A stretch of 64,000 bases of DNA from Candidatus Binatia bacterium (lineage in GTDB: Bacteria; Desulfobacterota; Binatia; DP-6). Made by a program: the position numbers and the translations under genes. Shown one piece after another: positions 37,634 to 46,425 of the stretch (position 1 is its first letter; each line of letters begins with the position of its first letter). The stretch lies in the NCBI GenBank assembly GCA_046327955.1, contig JAXLXP010000005.1, positions 228,136 through 292,135 of the forward strand, written 5' to 3'. A model generated the notes under the pieces. It ran no database searches. It was not told the origin of the DNA and saw only the letters and a program-made list of their open reading frames with translations.

Positions 37634-39253
37634 TCAAGACACGAGCGCGGGGCGCGTCGCGGCGCCCGCGACCGCGGCGGGCCCGCGATAGCTGCGGGCG
37701 AGCGTCCGCGCGAGCGCGTCGCGAATCGCGTGGTCCTCGGGGGCGAGGCGTGCGGCGGCGGCGTCGAACTGGACGGCGAACTCGGGCAGGCCCGCGGCCT
37801 CGAGCACGGCGCCCGCCTCGGTGGCCGCGGCCGCCAGACGCGGATCCTGCTCGAAGGCGCGCGTGTGGTACTCGAGCGCGGTCGCCGGCAGGTCGGCGCC
37901 GACCTGCCGGACGAGCCCCGCCGTGAACGGGTGACCCGCCTCGCGCAGCGCGACACCGAGGGCGTGCAGGCACGCGGGGTGGTCGATCCCGGCGGGCAGC
38001 GCCGCCTCGGCCGCCGCGCGGGTCGCGCTCGAGACGTGACGGGCGGATGCCAGGCCCTCGTGCGCGAGACGGGTGGCGGTCACGCTGTCGCCGCGGCGCA
38101 GCGCGATGCGCGAGGCCAGCAGCCACGCCCGCAGGTCGCCCGGGTCGATTCGGCGGCTCGCTCCGAGGATCGTGAGCGCGCCCTCGTCGCGCCCGACCCA
38201 GGCGAGCATCTCACCGACTGCGAGGCCGGCCTCCGCACGCCCGTCCTCGAGCAGCGCGGGGCGCAGCCGCTCGATGGCGACGCGGCACGCGGGCTCGGGG
38301 TCGACGAGGCCGCGGACCGCCATCCCGTGCGCGGCGAGACCCAGGTGGAGCGCCGCGTCCTGCCGCGTGTCGCGACGCGGGATGCCGTCCGCGACGAGCG
38401 CGACGACGTCCGCCATGCGGTGGGTCATCGTGTGCCGCCGGTGCACCTCGTCGGAGCCGCTGGCGGCGATGCGTGCGCGCTCGGCCGCGTGCCGGACGTA
38501 GTGGTCCGCCTTCGCCTCCAGGTCGTCGGGCCCGAAGACGTCGAGGTGAACGCCGGGCGTGAACAGGTCGGTGAGGCCGTTGCCGATGTGCTCGGTGAGC
38601 AGCATCGCGCCGCAGGCCATCGCCTCGAAGACGCGGAAGTTGAGATCGCCGAGGATGCACTCGTTGAGCGCAACCGCCGTCTGCGACAGTACCCACGCGA
38701 CGTCGCCCGGCGGCAGTCGCCGGGCGAGCGTCTCGCCGAACGTCGCGATCGCCATCCGGCGGCGGAGCCGCTCGATGATCGCCGTGCGCTTGGGGCGCGT
38801 GACGGGATCGACCAGCCCGACGAAGCTCACGGCGTGCGTGCGGGCGATGCCGAGGTCGCGGAAGACGGTTTCGTCGACGCCCCAGGGGAGCCAACGGGCC
38901 GGGATGCCGTCGGCGGCGAAGAACGGCACGTAGTCCCGCTGCGCGACCAGCGTGAGATCGAAGAGGTGCGCATAGTGGCGCTGCCAGAAGAAGTTGAGGT
39001 GGACGTCGATCGCCCAGTAGAGGCGCGGCGCGGTGATGGTCTCGACGCCGACGCCGAGGGGCTGGCGGCCGAGGGCGTCGGCGACGAAGAGCAGGTCGGC
39101 CGCGGGCGTGAGCCGGCGCCACAGGGCGCCCAGGTCGAACGGGCGACCCGCGACGACCACCTCGGGCGCGACCTCTGCCGCGGCGACGACCTCGTGCCCC
39201 AGGCGTCGCAGCGCGGGCACCACCGCGGGATGGCCGACGTGGAGGATGCGCAT
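37634..39253 (-). CDS. CgeB/DUF3880-like glycosyltransferase fused to a C-terminal TPR/helical-repeat domain
   Basis: N-terminal MRILHVGH... through ...LNECILGDLNFRVFEAMACGAMLLTE (GT-B C-terminal sugar-donor region), followed by Ala/Leu-rich repeats. Confidence 0.65.
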   Translation of the reverse strand: MRILHVGHPAVVPALRRLGHEVVAAAEVAPEVVVAGRPFDLGALWRRLTPAADLLFVADALGRQPLGVGVETITAPRLYWAIDVHLNFFWQRHYAHLFDLTLVAQRDYVPFFAADGIPARWLPWGVDETVFRDLGIARTHAVSFVGLVDPVTRPKRTAIIERLRRRMAIATFGETLARRLPPGDVAWVLSQTAVALNECILGDLNFRVFEAMACGAMLLTEHIGNGLTDLFTPGVHLDVFGPDDLEAKADHYVRHAAERARIAASGSDEVHRRHTMTHRMADVVALVADGIPRRDTRQDAALHLGLAAHGMAVRGLVDPEPACRVAIERLRPALLEDGRAEAGLAVGEMLAWVGRDEGALTILGASRRIDPGDLRAWLLASRIALRRGDSVTATRLAHEGLASARHVSSATRAAAEAALPAGIDHPACLHALGVALREAGHPFTAGLVRQVGADLPATALEYHTRAFEQDPRLAAAATEAGAVLEAAGLPEFAVQFDAAAARLAPEDHAIRDALARTLARSYRGPAAVAGAATRPALVS

Positions 39254-39405
39254 CGGTTCAGCACCGTGTCGGAGCAAGCCGTGTGCCGGCGCGCGTGATC
39301 GGGGGCGGGGATTGGCTCGGGTGAGGATGTCAGCGTGCTGACTCGACGCACGCGGCTGCTGACCACGGTTTGCCGTCGGGCTCAGAGGACGGTAGGCCGG
39401 CGGCG

Positions 39406-41100
39406 ATGGGTGACCTCCGCGCGGAGCTGCAGCGGATCGACGGCCGGCCGTATCCCGCGTACCGCGACCTGCGCGGCAGGACGTTCGTCGTCGGGCCCTG
39501 GCGGCTGACGTTGGAGCACGTGCAGGGCGATCCGTTCGCGTCGCCGAGCCGGCTGCGCGTCGACGTGCCGGCGAGCGTGCCGCGACTCGCCGAGGCGGCG
39601 CGGCGGACGGCGGACGCACGCCGCGCGGCGGCCGACTTCCTGCATCGCGCGCTCGCCGCGGCGCTCGGCGGGCGCCAGGGCGGTGGGAGTGGGAGGAGCG
39701 GGTTCGTGGACGTCGCCGCGGTGGGGCAGGAGGTGCTCGAACGGACCGCCGTGCGCGTCCTGCCGGACGGCGCGCTGGTGCTCCGCCTCACGGTCGGGCT
39801 TCCCGCGGCCGGGCGACGTATCCTCGGGCGCGAGGCGGCGACGGTGCTGGCGGAGCGGCTGCCGCGCGTGCTCGACGCGGCGGTGGGGGCGGTCGATGCG
39901 CCGGCGCTCGAGCATCACGTCGCGGTGGTGGAGGACCAGGTCGCGCTCCGCGCGCAACTCGCCGCGTCCGGGCTCGTTGCCTTCGTCGCGGAGGGAAGCC
40001 GACTCGCACGGCGGTCGGGCAGCGACGACCGACCGTTCGACGGCGGCGTGCCGCTCGCGGTGCCCGACGCGCTCGCCTGCACGCTCGACGCGCCGCACGC
40101 GGGCCGGCTGCGTGGCCTCGGCATCGCGGCGGGCGTGACGGTGATCGTGGGCGGGGGCTATCACGGCAAGTCGACGCTCCTCGATGCGCTCGCGCGCGGC
40201 GTCTACGATCACGTGCCGGGCGACGGCCGCGAGCGCTGCGTCACCGTCGGTGGTGCGGTGTCGGTGCGAGCGGAGGACGGACGTCCGGTGCGCGGCGTCG
40301 ACCTGCGGCCGTTCATCGGCAACCTCCCGCTCGGCCGCTCGACCGAGTGCTTCGAGACCGACGACGCCTCGGGCAGCACGTCGCAGGCGGCCAACATCGT
40401 CGAGGCGCTCGAGGCCGGTGCCACCGCGCTGCTGGTCGACGAGGACACCGCGGCCACCAACTTCATGGTGCGCGACGCGCGCATGCGCCGGCTCGTCCCG
40501 GGGACGGCGGAGCCGATCACCCCGTTCCTCGACCGCGTGCGGCAGCTCGCGACGGAACGGTGCGTGTCCTCGGTGCTCGTCGTGGGCGGTGCGGGCGACT
40601 GGCTCGACGTCGCCGACCGCGTGATCCGGATGACCGACTACGAGCCCGCCGACGTGACCGCCGCGGCGCGTGCGGTCGCGGCGGCGCTGCCGCTCGGTGC
40701 CGCGTCGCCGCAGGCGCCGGGTCCGTGGCCAACGGCGGCGCCGCGCCGGGTCGATCCGGTGAGCCTGGAGCCGCATCGGGGCGGCCGACCGCTGCGCGTG
40801 CGCGCGCGCCGGACGAATGCGATCGAGGTCGGCGACACCGAGGTCGACGTGTCGGCGCTCGCGCAGCTCGTCGATCCCGCGCAGTGCCGGATGATCGGCG
40901 ATGCGCTACTCGCGCTCGCGGGTACCTGCGACGGGCGGCGCAGTGTCGCGGAGGTGCTCGACCTGCTCGAGGCACGAATCGCCGCGTCCGGGCTCGAGGC
41001 GATCACCGCGCCCGGCTTCGGCGATCGCGCGCGGGCCCGGCGCTTCGAGGTTGCGGCCGCGCTCAACCGCTTGCCGGGCCTTCGTCTCCGCCACGGCTGA
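39406..41100 (+). CDS. ABC_ATPase-family (PF09818-like) predicted ATPase
   Basis: N-terminal ...YPAYRDLRG...LEHVQGDPFASPS. Walker A GGGYHGKSTLLDAL. Walker B-like ALLVDEDTAATNFM. Confidence 0.75.
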   Translation: MGDLRAELQRIDGRPYPAYRDLRGRTFVVGPWRLTLEHVQGDPFASPSRLRVDVPASVPRLAEAARRTADARRAAADFLHRALAAALGGRQGGGSGRSGFVDVAAVGQEVLERTAVRVLPDGALVLRLTVGLPAAGRRILGREAATVLAERLPRVLDAAVGAVDAPALEHHVAVVEDQVALRAQLAASGLVAFVAEGSRLARRSGSDDRPFDGGVPLAVPDALACTLDAPHAGRLRGLGIAAGVTVIVGGGYHGKSTLLDALARGVYDHVPGDGRERCVTVGGAVSVRAEDGRPVRGVDLRPFIGNLPLGRSTECFETDDASGSTSQAANIVEALEAGATALLVDEDTAATNFMVRDARMRRLVPGTAEPITPFLDRVRQLATERCVSSVLVVGGAGDWLDVADRVIRMTDYEPADVTAAARAVAAALPLGAASPQAPGPWPTAAPRRVDPVSLEPHRGGRPLRVRARRTNAIEVGDTEVDVSALAQLVDPAQCRMIGDALLALAGTCDGRRSVAEVLDLLEARIAASGLEAITAPGFGDRARARRFEVAAALNRLPGLRLRHG

Positions 41101-41174
41101 CGCGCGGGCGCCCTGTACGCACCGGCCGCGTCTGCTATGCTCGACGGCTCGCGGGAGGGGGAAAGGAGCGACAG

Positions 41175-41636
41175 ATGGATTCGGATGTGAGGAGGCGGAC
41201 GGCGGTCGGATGGCTCGCGGCGGTCGGACTGGCGCTCACCGCGGCCGCGGGTGCGGCCGACACGACCACCACCACGACGTCGACCAGCACGACCACCACG
41301 CTGGCGTGTACGGCGGAGGCGTCGATCCCGTCGGCGCAGTGTCGGCTGGGTCAGCTCGGTGACCTGCTCGCGGGGCGGGGGACGACGGCACCCGGCAACA
41401 CGGTGCTGTCGAACCAGATCGGCCGCGCGCTCAAGAACGTGAACCTCGCCAACGCGCTCACGGGCAAGAAGGCCAAGTCGAAGCTCAAGAGCGCGGTGGG
41501 CGCGCTCAAGTCGTTCAACGCGCGGCTGCGATCCGCCGCTGGCAAGAAGCAGGTCGACCCGACGACGCGTCAGGCGCTGCAGGCGATCTCCGGCCAGCTG
41601 CAGAAGGACCTCGATCAGCTCCGCCGCACGCCCTGA
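41175..41636 (+). CDS. Small secreted protein: Thr-rich linker plus the C-terminal Lys/Ala-rich helical module
   Basis: AAGGAG SD before the ATG. Signal peptide (AVGWLAAVGLALTAAAGAA). TTTTTTSTSTTTT linker. C-terminal AQCRLGQL...KKAKSKLKSAVGALKSF... tail homologous to the tails of the genes at 128 and 16799. Confidence 0.6.
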   Translation: MDSDVRRRTAVGWLAAVGLALTAAAGAADTTTTTTSTSTTTTLACTAEASIPSAQCRLGQLGDLLAGRGTTAPGNTVLSNQIGRALKNVNLANALTGKKAKSKLKSAVGALKSFNARLRSAAGKKQVDPTTRQALQAISGQLQKDLDQLRRTP

Positions 41637-41648
41637 CGCGGGGTCAGG
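41632..41648. terminator. Hairpin CCTGAC-GCGGG-GTCAGG spanning the convergent stop codons
   Basis: Perfect 6-bp inverted repeat that contains both the TGA of the 41175 gene and the TGA of aroD (minus). Confidence 0.3.
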
Positions 41649-42342
41649 CCGGGTAGAACCGATGCACGAGCCGGGCCAGCTCCGCGACGGGGAGCTGGCC
41701 CGGCGCCGTGGGCGCGCCGACGCAGCCGTAGGTGAGCAGGGATCCCGCGGCCGGGAAGAACACGCGCGAGAGCGCGCCGACTTCCCCCATCGACATGGTG
41801 ACGACGCCACGGTCCCGCGCCGCGAGGGTGACGCCGAGCAGCGTGCGCACGTCGTCGAGGTCCTGGGCGTAGGCGGCCAGCTTGACGACGTCGGCACCGA
41901 GCGCGCCGCCGCGATCGACCAGCGCCAGCAACTCGACGCGCGAGGGCGTGGCCGCGAGAAAGTGTGCCGAGAGCAGCAGCGTGCGTCCCTGGGCACGCGC
42001 GCGGTCGCCGACGTCGTGTACCAGCGCCAGCGAGGCGATTTCGAGGTCGATGGCGTCCGCGTGCGGCAAGCCGGCCTCGTAGAGCGCGCGCCGCTGGTCC
42101 TCCGGCATCGCGCGCCCCCCTTCGGCGCCGGCGCGCACGGTGAGCAGCAGCGGGCGGCCCGCGGACCGCAGCCGTCCGAGCGCCGCGACGATCGCCGCCG
42201 GCGTGGGAGTGCTGAACAGGTCCGCTCGCAGCTCGAGCACGTCCGCATCGCGCGCGGCTGCCAGCGCCTCGAGGTCGGCTTCGCCACCCGCGGCCACGAT
42301 CCGCGGCCGGCCCCCGAGCGTGAGCGACCCGATGCGAGGCAT
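41644..42342 (-). CDS. aroD: 3-dehydroquinate dehydratase, type I
   Basis: TIM-barrel DHQase-I-like (LELRADLF..., GADVVKLAA with catalytic Lys, MSMGEVGALSR). Only the C-terminal 232 aa of ORF 41644..43416 are real. Confidence 0.75.
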   Translation of the reverse strand: MPRIGSLTLGGRPRIVAAGGEADLEALAAARDADVLELRADLFSTPTPAAIVAALGRLRSAGRPLLLTVRAGAEGGRAMPEDQRRALYEAGLPHADAIDLEIASLALVHDVGDRARAQGRTLLLSAHFLAATPSRVELLALVDRGGALGADVVKLAAYAQDLDDVRTLLGVTLAARDRGVVTMSMGEVGALSRVFFPAAGSLLTYGCVGAPTAPGQLPVAELARLVHRFYPA

Positions 42343-43145
42343 CACGTGCCGAACCGCACGTGGGCGCCGGGCCGGACCAGCACCCGCCGGCCGATGAAGC
42401 TGCCCTGGTAGCGGCCGCCGGCGCCGAGGATCACGTCGCTGGTGGGTGCGTACACGACGCCGGAGAAGGTGCTGCCCGGGCCGGCGCGGAACGCCGGGCC
42501 GTGCGACCCGCCGACGACCTCGACGTGCAACGTGGCGGGGTGCGCCGTCTCCGCCGCGCGCACGGCGGCGTCTGCGCCGAGGCGGATGCGTCCGCCCACC
42601 GCGAGGTCGCACTCGGTCTGGCAGAGCACGCGCGCGTGGGGCCCGAGACGCATCGCGCGCACGTCGTAGCGCCCGCCCTTGAAGAGCAGATTGCCGTGCG
42701 CGGCGACCTGCACGGTCCCGTACGCACCCGGCTCGAGTGGCGCGGTGAACCCGCGCGCGGGCACGCGCACCTCGCTCGCTCCGGGCAGGACCTGCACGAG
42801 CGGGAGCGCCTCGGTGACGAGCGGGATCGTCACGTCGCGGCAGAAGGACTTCGATGGGCCGTCGAGGAAGAGGCAGAACAGCCGGCGCGCCACGACACCC
42901 GGGGCGACGCGCACGGAGTACGCCGCCGCCGACCCGGCGACCCGCGTCCCGGGGCCGAGGCGCACCGTGCCCAGGTTGGCGCCCACGTCGCCCGCCTCGA
43001 TCCGGACGTGGGCTTCGAGCACCACGCGCTCCACCCCGAACACCGCGTACTTGAACGGGGACGCCGCCGGCCCGCTCTGTGCCCGTGCCGGCGCTGCCAT
43101 GGCGAGCGCCGAGAGACACGCGAGGAGGAGACGGGCCCCGGGCAT
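42342..43145 (-). CDS. Secreted hypothetical protein (beta-helix/bactofilin-like repeats)
   Basis: Signal peptide MPGARLLLACLSALAMAAPARA. Repetitive Gly/Val-rich beta-strand segments. Its stop overlaps the aroD start (TGATG). Confidence 0.5.
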   Translation of the reverse strand: MPGARLLLACLSALAMAAPARAQSGPAASPFKYAVFGVERVVLEAHVRIEAGDVGANLGTVRLGPGTRVAGSAAAYSVRVAPGVVARRLFCLFLDGPSKSFCRDVTIPLVTEALPLVQVLPGASEVRVPARGFTAPLEPGAYGTVQVAAHGNLLFKGGRYDVRAMRLGPHARVLCQTECDLAVGGRIRLGADAAVRAAETAHPATLHVEVVGGSHGPAFRAGPGSTFSGVVYAPTSDVILGAGGRYQGSFIGRRVLVRPGAHVRFGT

Positions 43146-43231
43146 GGCGGGCGTCTACCACGGTGCCGCACGAGGGGCGAGCCGGGGGCGCTGGCCTCGG
43201 CCGGCGGCCGTGTATTAAGGTGCGGCCCCTC

Positions 43232-44632
43232 ATGGTCGGCATCACCCGCATCGCCCCGTACCTCCCGCGCCACCGGCTCGACCGTGCGCAGCTCGGCCAG
43301 GCGTGGGGCGGCCGCGCCGCCGGTCTGCGCACCTGCGCCGGCATCGACGAGGACGCGCTCACGCTCGCCTGCGACGCCGCGCTGGCCTGTGTGGGCGACG
43401 CGGCGCCGGCCGGCATCGACGCGCTCTACCTCGCTACGACCAGTGCTCCATATCGCGAGAAGCAGATCGCGAGCATGGTGGCCACGGCGCTCGATCTTCC
43501 CCGCACCGTCGCCGTCGCCGACTTCGGGGGCTCGGTGCGCGCAGGGACGACGGCGCTGCGTGCGGCGCTCGACGGCGTGCGGGCCGGAAGTCTCACCGGC
43601 GCGTTGGTCGTGGCGGCCGACGTCCGGCTCGCCGAGCCCGGCTCCGACGTCGAGGCGCTGCTCGGCGACGGGGCGTGTGCCGCGCTCGTCGGGTGCGACG
43701 GCGTGATCGCCGAGCTCGTCTCCTCGGCGGCGGTCAGCGAAGAGTTCACGTACGTCTTTCGCACCGACGAGCAGCGCTACGTGCAGGTCTCGGACATGCG
43801 CTTCGGCAGCACGTACGGCTACGCGCGCGATGTCGCGGAGGCGGTGGCGACGGCGCTGCGCAAGGCCGAGATCCCACCCGCCAATGTGGCGCGACTCGCG
43901 CTCGGTGCCCCCGACGCGCGCGCGGCGGCCGAGGCCGCCAAGAAGATCGGGGTCGACGCGAAGGTGCTCGTCGCGCCGCTGGTTGCCGAAGCCGGCGTGC
44001 TCGGTACTCCCGACCCGCTGGTTCTGCTCTCGCAGGCCCTCGAGACCGTGCGGCCCGGCGACTTCGTCGTGGTCGCCGCATACGGCGAAGGCGCCGACGC
44101 GCTCGTCTTCCGCGCCACGGAGCACCTTCCGGCGGCGCGTCCGCGCCCACTCGCCGAGGCGCTCGCGAGCGGCATCCCGCTCTCCTACCCGGTCTACCTG
44201 CGCAACCGCGGTGTGCTCCCATTCGAGGCGCCTACGCCCGGACCCGGGGAGCAGTACACGACCATGCTCGAGTGGCGGGAGCTCCGGCAGGACGTCCGCT
44301 TCTACGGCAGCCGGTGCGAGGCCTGCGGCCTGGTGCAGTATCCGCAGGCGCGGGTGTGTACGGGCTGCCGCGCGCAGGAGCGGATGACGGAGCACAAGCT
44401 CGCCAAGCGCGGGACGGTCTTCACCTACACGATCGACACCATCGCGCCCACGCTCGAGCACCCGGTCGGCATGGTGATCGTCGACCTCGATGGCGGCGGG
44501 CGGGTGTACGTGCAGACGACCGACGCGGCCGACGGCGAGATCGCGGTTGGCACGCCGGTCGTGCTCACCTACCGGCGCATCGGCGAGGGGCTCGGCAACC
44601 GCAACTATTACTGGAAGGCCCGGCCGGCCTGA
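43232..44632 (+). CDS. HMG-CoA synthase-like condensing enzyme fused to a C-terminal DUF35 (OB-fold + Zn-ribbon) domain
   Basis: N-terminal thiolase-fold/HMGCS-like region (Cys in ...TTSAPYREK / ADFGGSVRAGT). C-terminal DUF35-like ...RFYGSRCEACGLVQYPQARVCTGCRAQE...GTVFTYTI. Confidence 0.75.
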   Translation: MVGITRIAPYLPRHRLDRAQLGQAWGGRAAGLRTCAGIDEDALTLACDAALACVGDAAPAGIDALYLATTSAPYREKQIASMVATALDLPRTVAVADFGGSVRAGTTALRAALDGVRAGSLTGALVVAADVRLAEPGSDVEALLGDGACAALVGCDGVIAELVSSAAVSEEFTYVFRTDEQRYVQVSDMRFGSTYGYARDVAEAVATALRKAEIPPANVARLALGAPDARAAAEAAKKIGVDAKVLVAPLVAEAGVLGTPDPLVLLSQALETVRPGDFVVVAAYGEGADALVFRATEHLPAARPRPLAEALASGIPLSYPVYLRNRGVLPFEAPTPGPGEQYTTMLEWRELRQDVRFYGSRCEACGLVQYPQARVCTGCRAQERMTEHKLAKRGTVFTYTIDTIAPTLEHPVGMVIVDLDGGGRVYVQTTDAADGEIAVGTPVVLTYRRIGEGLGNRNYYWKARPA

Positions 44633-44651
44633 CCACGGGGGAGTCCTGGCG

Positions 44652-45797
44652 ATGAAGGATCGCGTCGCCGTCATCGGCGCCGGGTGCACGAAGTTCGGGG
44701 ACCGCTACGACCGCACGTACGAGGACCTCATCTGCGACGCGGCGTTCGAGGCCTATGCGGACGCCGGCATCGACCCGGCCGACATCCAGGCCGCCTACCT
44801 GGGCACGTACATCCCGGGCGCGGGTGGCGGGAAATCCGCCACCGCGCTCGCCGATGCACTCAAGCTCTTCGGCCGCCCGATCACGCGCGTCGAGAACTAC
44901 TGTGCCACCGGCACCGACGCCTTTCGCAACGGCTGCATCGCGATCGCGTCGGGCCTCTACGACGTCGTGCTCGTGCTCGGGGCGGAGAAGCTGAAGGACC
45001 GCGGCGGCCGCGGGCTGCCGCGCTTCGGCCATCCGTTGCTCGCGCGTGGCAACTCGGCACCCGGCCTCTTCGCGCTCGCGGCCAACCGGTACATGCACAC
45101 CTTCGGGCTCGGCCGCGAGACGCTGGCCCGCGTCGCCGTGAAGAACCACCGCAACGGCAAGGACAACCCGCTCGCGCACCTGCGCATGGAGATCACCGTC
45201 GAGCAGGCGCTGAAGGCGCCGATCATCGCCTCGCCGTTCGGCCTCTTCGATTGCTGCCCGACGACCGACGGTGCCGCGGCGGTGATCCTCTGCCGTGCCG
45301 ACCTCGCGTCGCGCTTCAAGGGGACGGCGGTCACGGTGAAGGGCGTCGGCCTCGCGGTCGAGACCGGGCGGCCGTTCTTCGACCCGACGTTCGACTACCT
45401 CGGCTTCCGCTCGACGCAGGCGGCGGCGAAGCAGGCCTATGCGATGGCCGGCATCGGGCCGTCCGACGTCTCGCTCGCCGAGGTCCACGACTGCTTCACG
45501 TGGACGGAGATAGCGAACATCGAAGACCTGGGCTTCTGCGAGAAGGGGCAGGGCGGGAAGCTGGTCGACGAGGGGCGCACGGCGATCGGCGGCGACGTCC
45601 CGATCAACCCGAGCGGCGGGCTCAAGTCGTTCGGCCACCCGATCGGCGCGAGCGGCGTGCGCATGATCCACGAATGCGTGACGCAGCTTCGCGGCCAGGC
45701 TGGGCCGCGCCAGGTGCGGAACGCCGAGCTCGCGCTCGCGCACAACGTCGGCGGGCCGGGCGCGGTCGCGTGCGTGGTCGTGCTCGGCAACGCTTGA
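44652..45797 (+). CDS. Thiolase (SCP-x/nonspecific lipid-transfer-protein-type, archaeal-like)
   Basis: VIGAGCTKFGD, NYCATGTDAF (active-site Cys), CCPTTDGAAAV, and GHPIGASGVRM (GH motif). Confidence 0.85.
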   Translation: MKDRVAVIGAGCTKFGDRYDRTYEDLICDAAFEAYADAGIDPADIQAAYLGTYIPGAGGGKSATALADALKLFGRPITRVENYCATGTDAFRNGCIAIASGLYDVVLVLGAEKLKDRGGRGLPRFGHPLLARGNSAPGLFALAANRYMHTFGLGRETLARVAVKNHRNGKDNPLAHLRMEITVEQALKAPIIASPFGLFDCCPTTDGAAAVILCRADLASRFKGTAVTVKGVGLAVETGRPFFDPTFDYLGFRSTQAAAKQAYAMAGIGPSDVSLAEVHDCFTWTEIANIEDLGFCEKGQGGKLVDEGRTAIGGDVPINPSGGLKSFGHPIGASGVRMIHECVTQLRGQAGPRQVRNAELALAHNVGGPGAVACVVVLGNA

Positions 45798-45810
45798 GGG
45801 GCGCGACGCC

Positions 45811-46362
45811 GTGATCGGTCGCTGGATCGCACTCGGGTCGTACGCGGGCGCGATCTGGACGACGCTGGGCGTTGCGCCGCGGGTCGCCAACGCCGTGCTG
45901 GCCACGCCCGTCGGCGCGTGGATGGTCGGACGTGGCGCCTGGGTCCTCGCGGCGACGGCGATCGTCGTGCTCGCGCGCGGGTTTGCCTACCGCCGGGCGT
46001 CGTGGGGCGCGTGGGGGCTGCTGGGGATCGCGGGCGCGGGGTACGTGCTCGGCCTCGTCTGGCTGCGATCGCAGCGGATCGAACGCCTGCACCTTCCCGA
46101 GTACGGCGTCGCGGCGTGGCTCGCGTGGCGGGCGGTGGTCCTGATCGCCGGCGACGGCGCGGCGGGCTATGTCGCCGCGGTGCTCGTCGCGACGGGGATC
46201 GGCTGGAGCGACGAGCTGCTGCAGGCGCTCGTGCCGGGGCGCGTCTACGACCTGCGCGACGTCGTCGCCAACGCGCTCGGTGCGGCGTTGGGCGTGGTCG
46301 TCCTGGCAGCGGTGCGGATGGGAGGGCGCAGGACCCCTCAGTCGCAGACCGTGTGGCGGTAG
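45811..46362 (+). CDS. VanZ-like membrane protein
   Basis: Four hydrophobic helices. C-terminal SDELLQALVPGRVYDLRDVVANALGAALG, typical of the VanZ family. GTG start. Confidence 0.5.
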   Translation: MIGRWIALGSYAGAIWTTLGVAPRVANAVLATPVGAWMVGRGAWVLAATAIVVLARGFAYRRASWGAWGLLGIAGAGYVLGLVWLRSQRIERLHLPEYGVAAWLAWRAVVLIAGDGAAGYVAAVLVATGIGWSDELLQALVPGRVYDLRDVVANALGAALGVVVLAAVRMGGRRTPQSQTVWR

Positions 46363-46425
46363 CAGTCGCGCCCGTCGTCCCGCGCGACGCGGCGATGACG
46401 GTCCCGTTCGGAACCGTGCGCCGGT

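Noticed and set aside
42343-43416. N-terminal part of ORF 41644..43416 (590 aa) fused in-frame to aroD
   Set aside because: The six-frame ORF reads through because no stop occurs. AroD homology starts at MPRIGSL (42342). The upstream sequence is read as Arg-rich nonsense in that frame and is covered by a separate secreted-protein gene in another frame.
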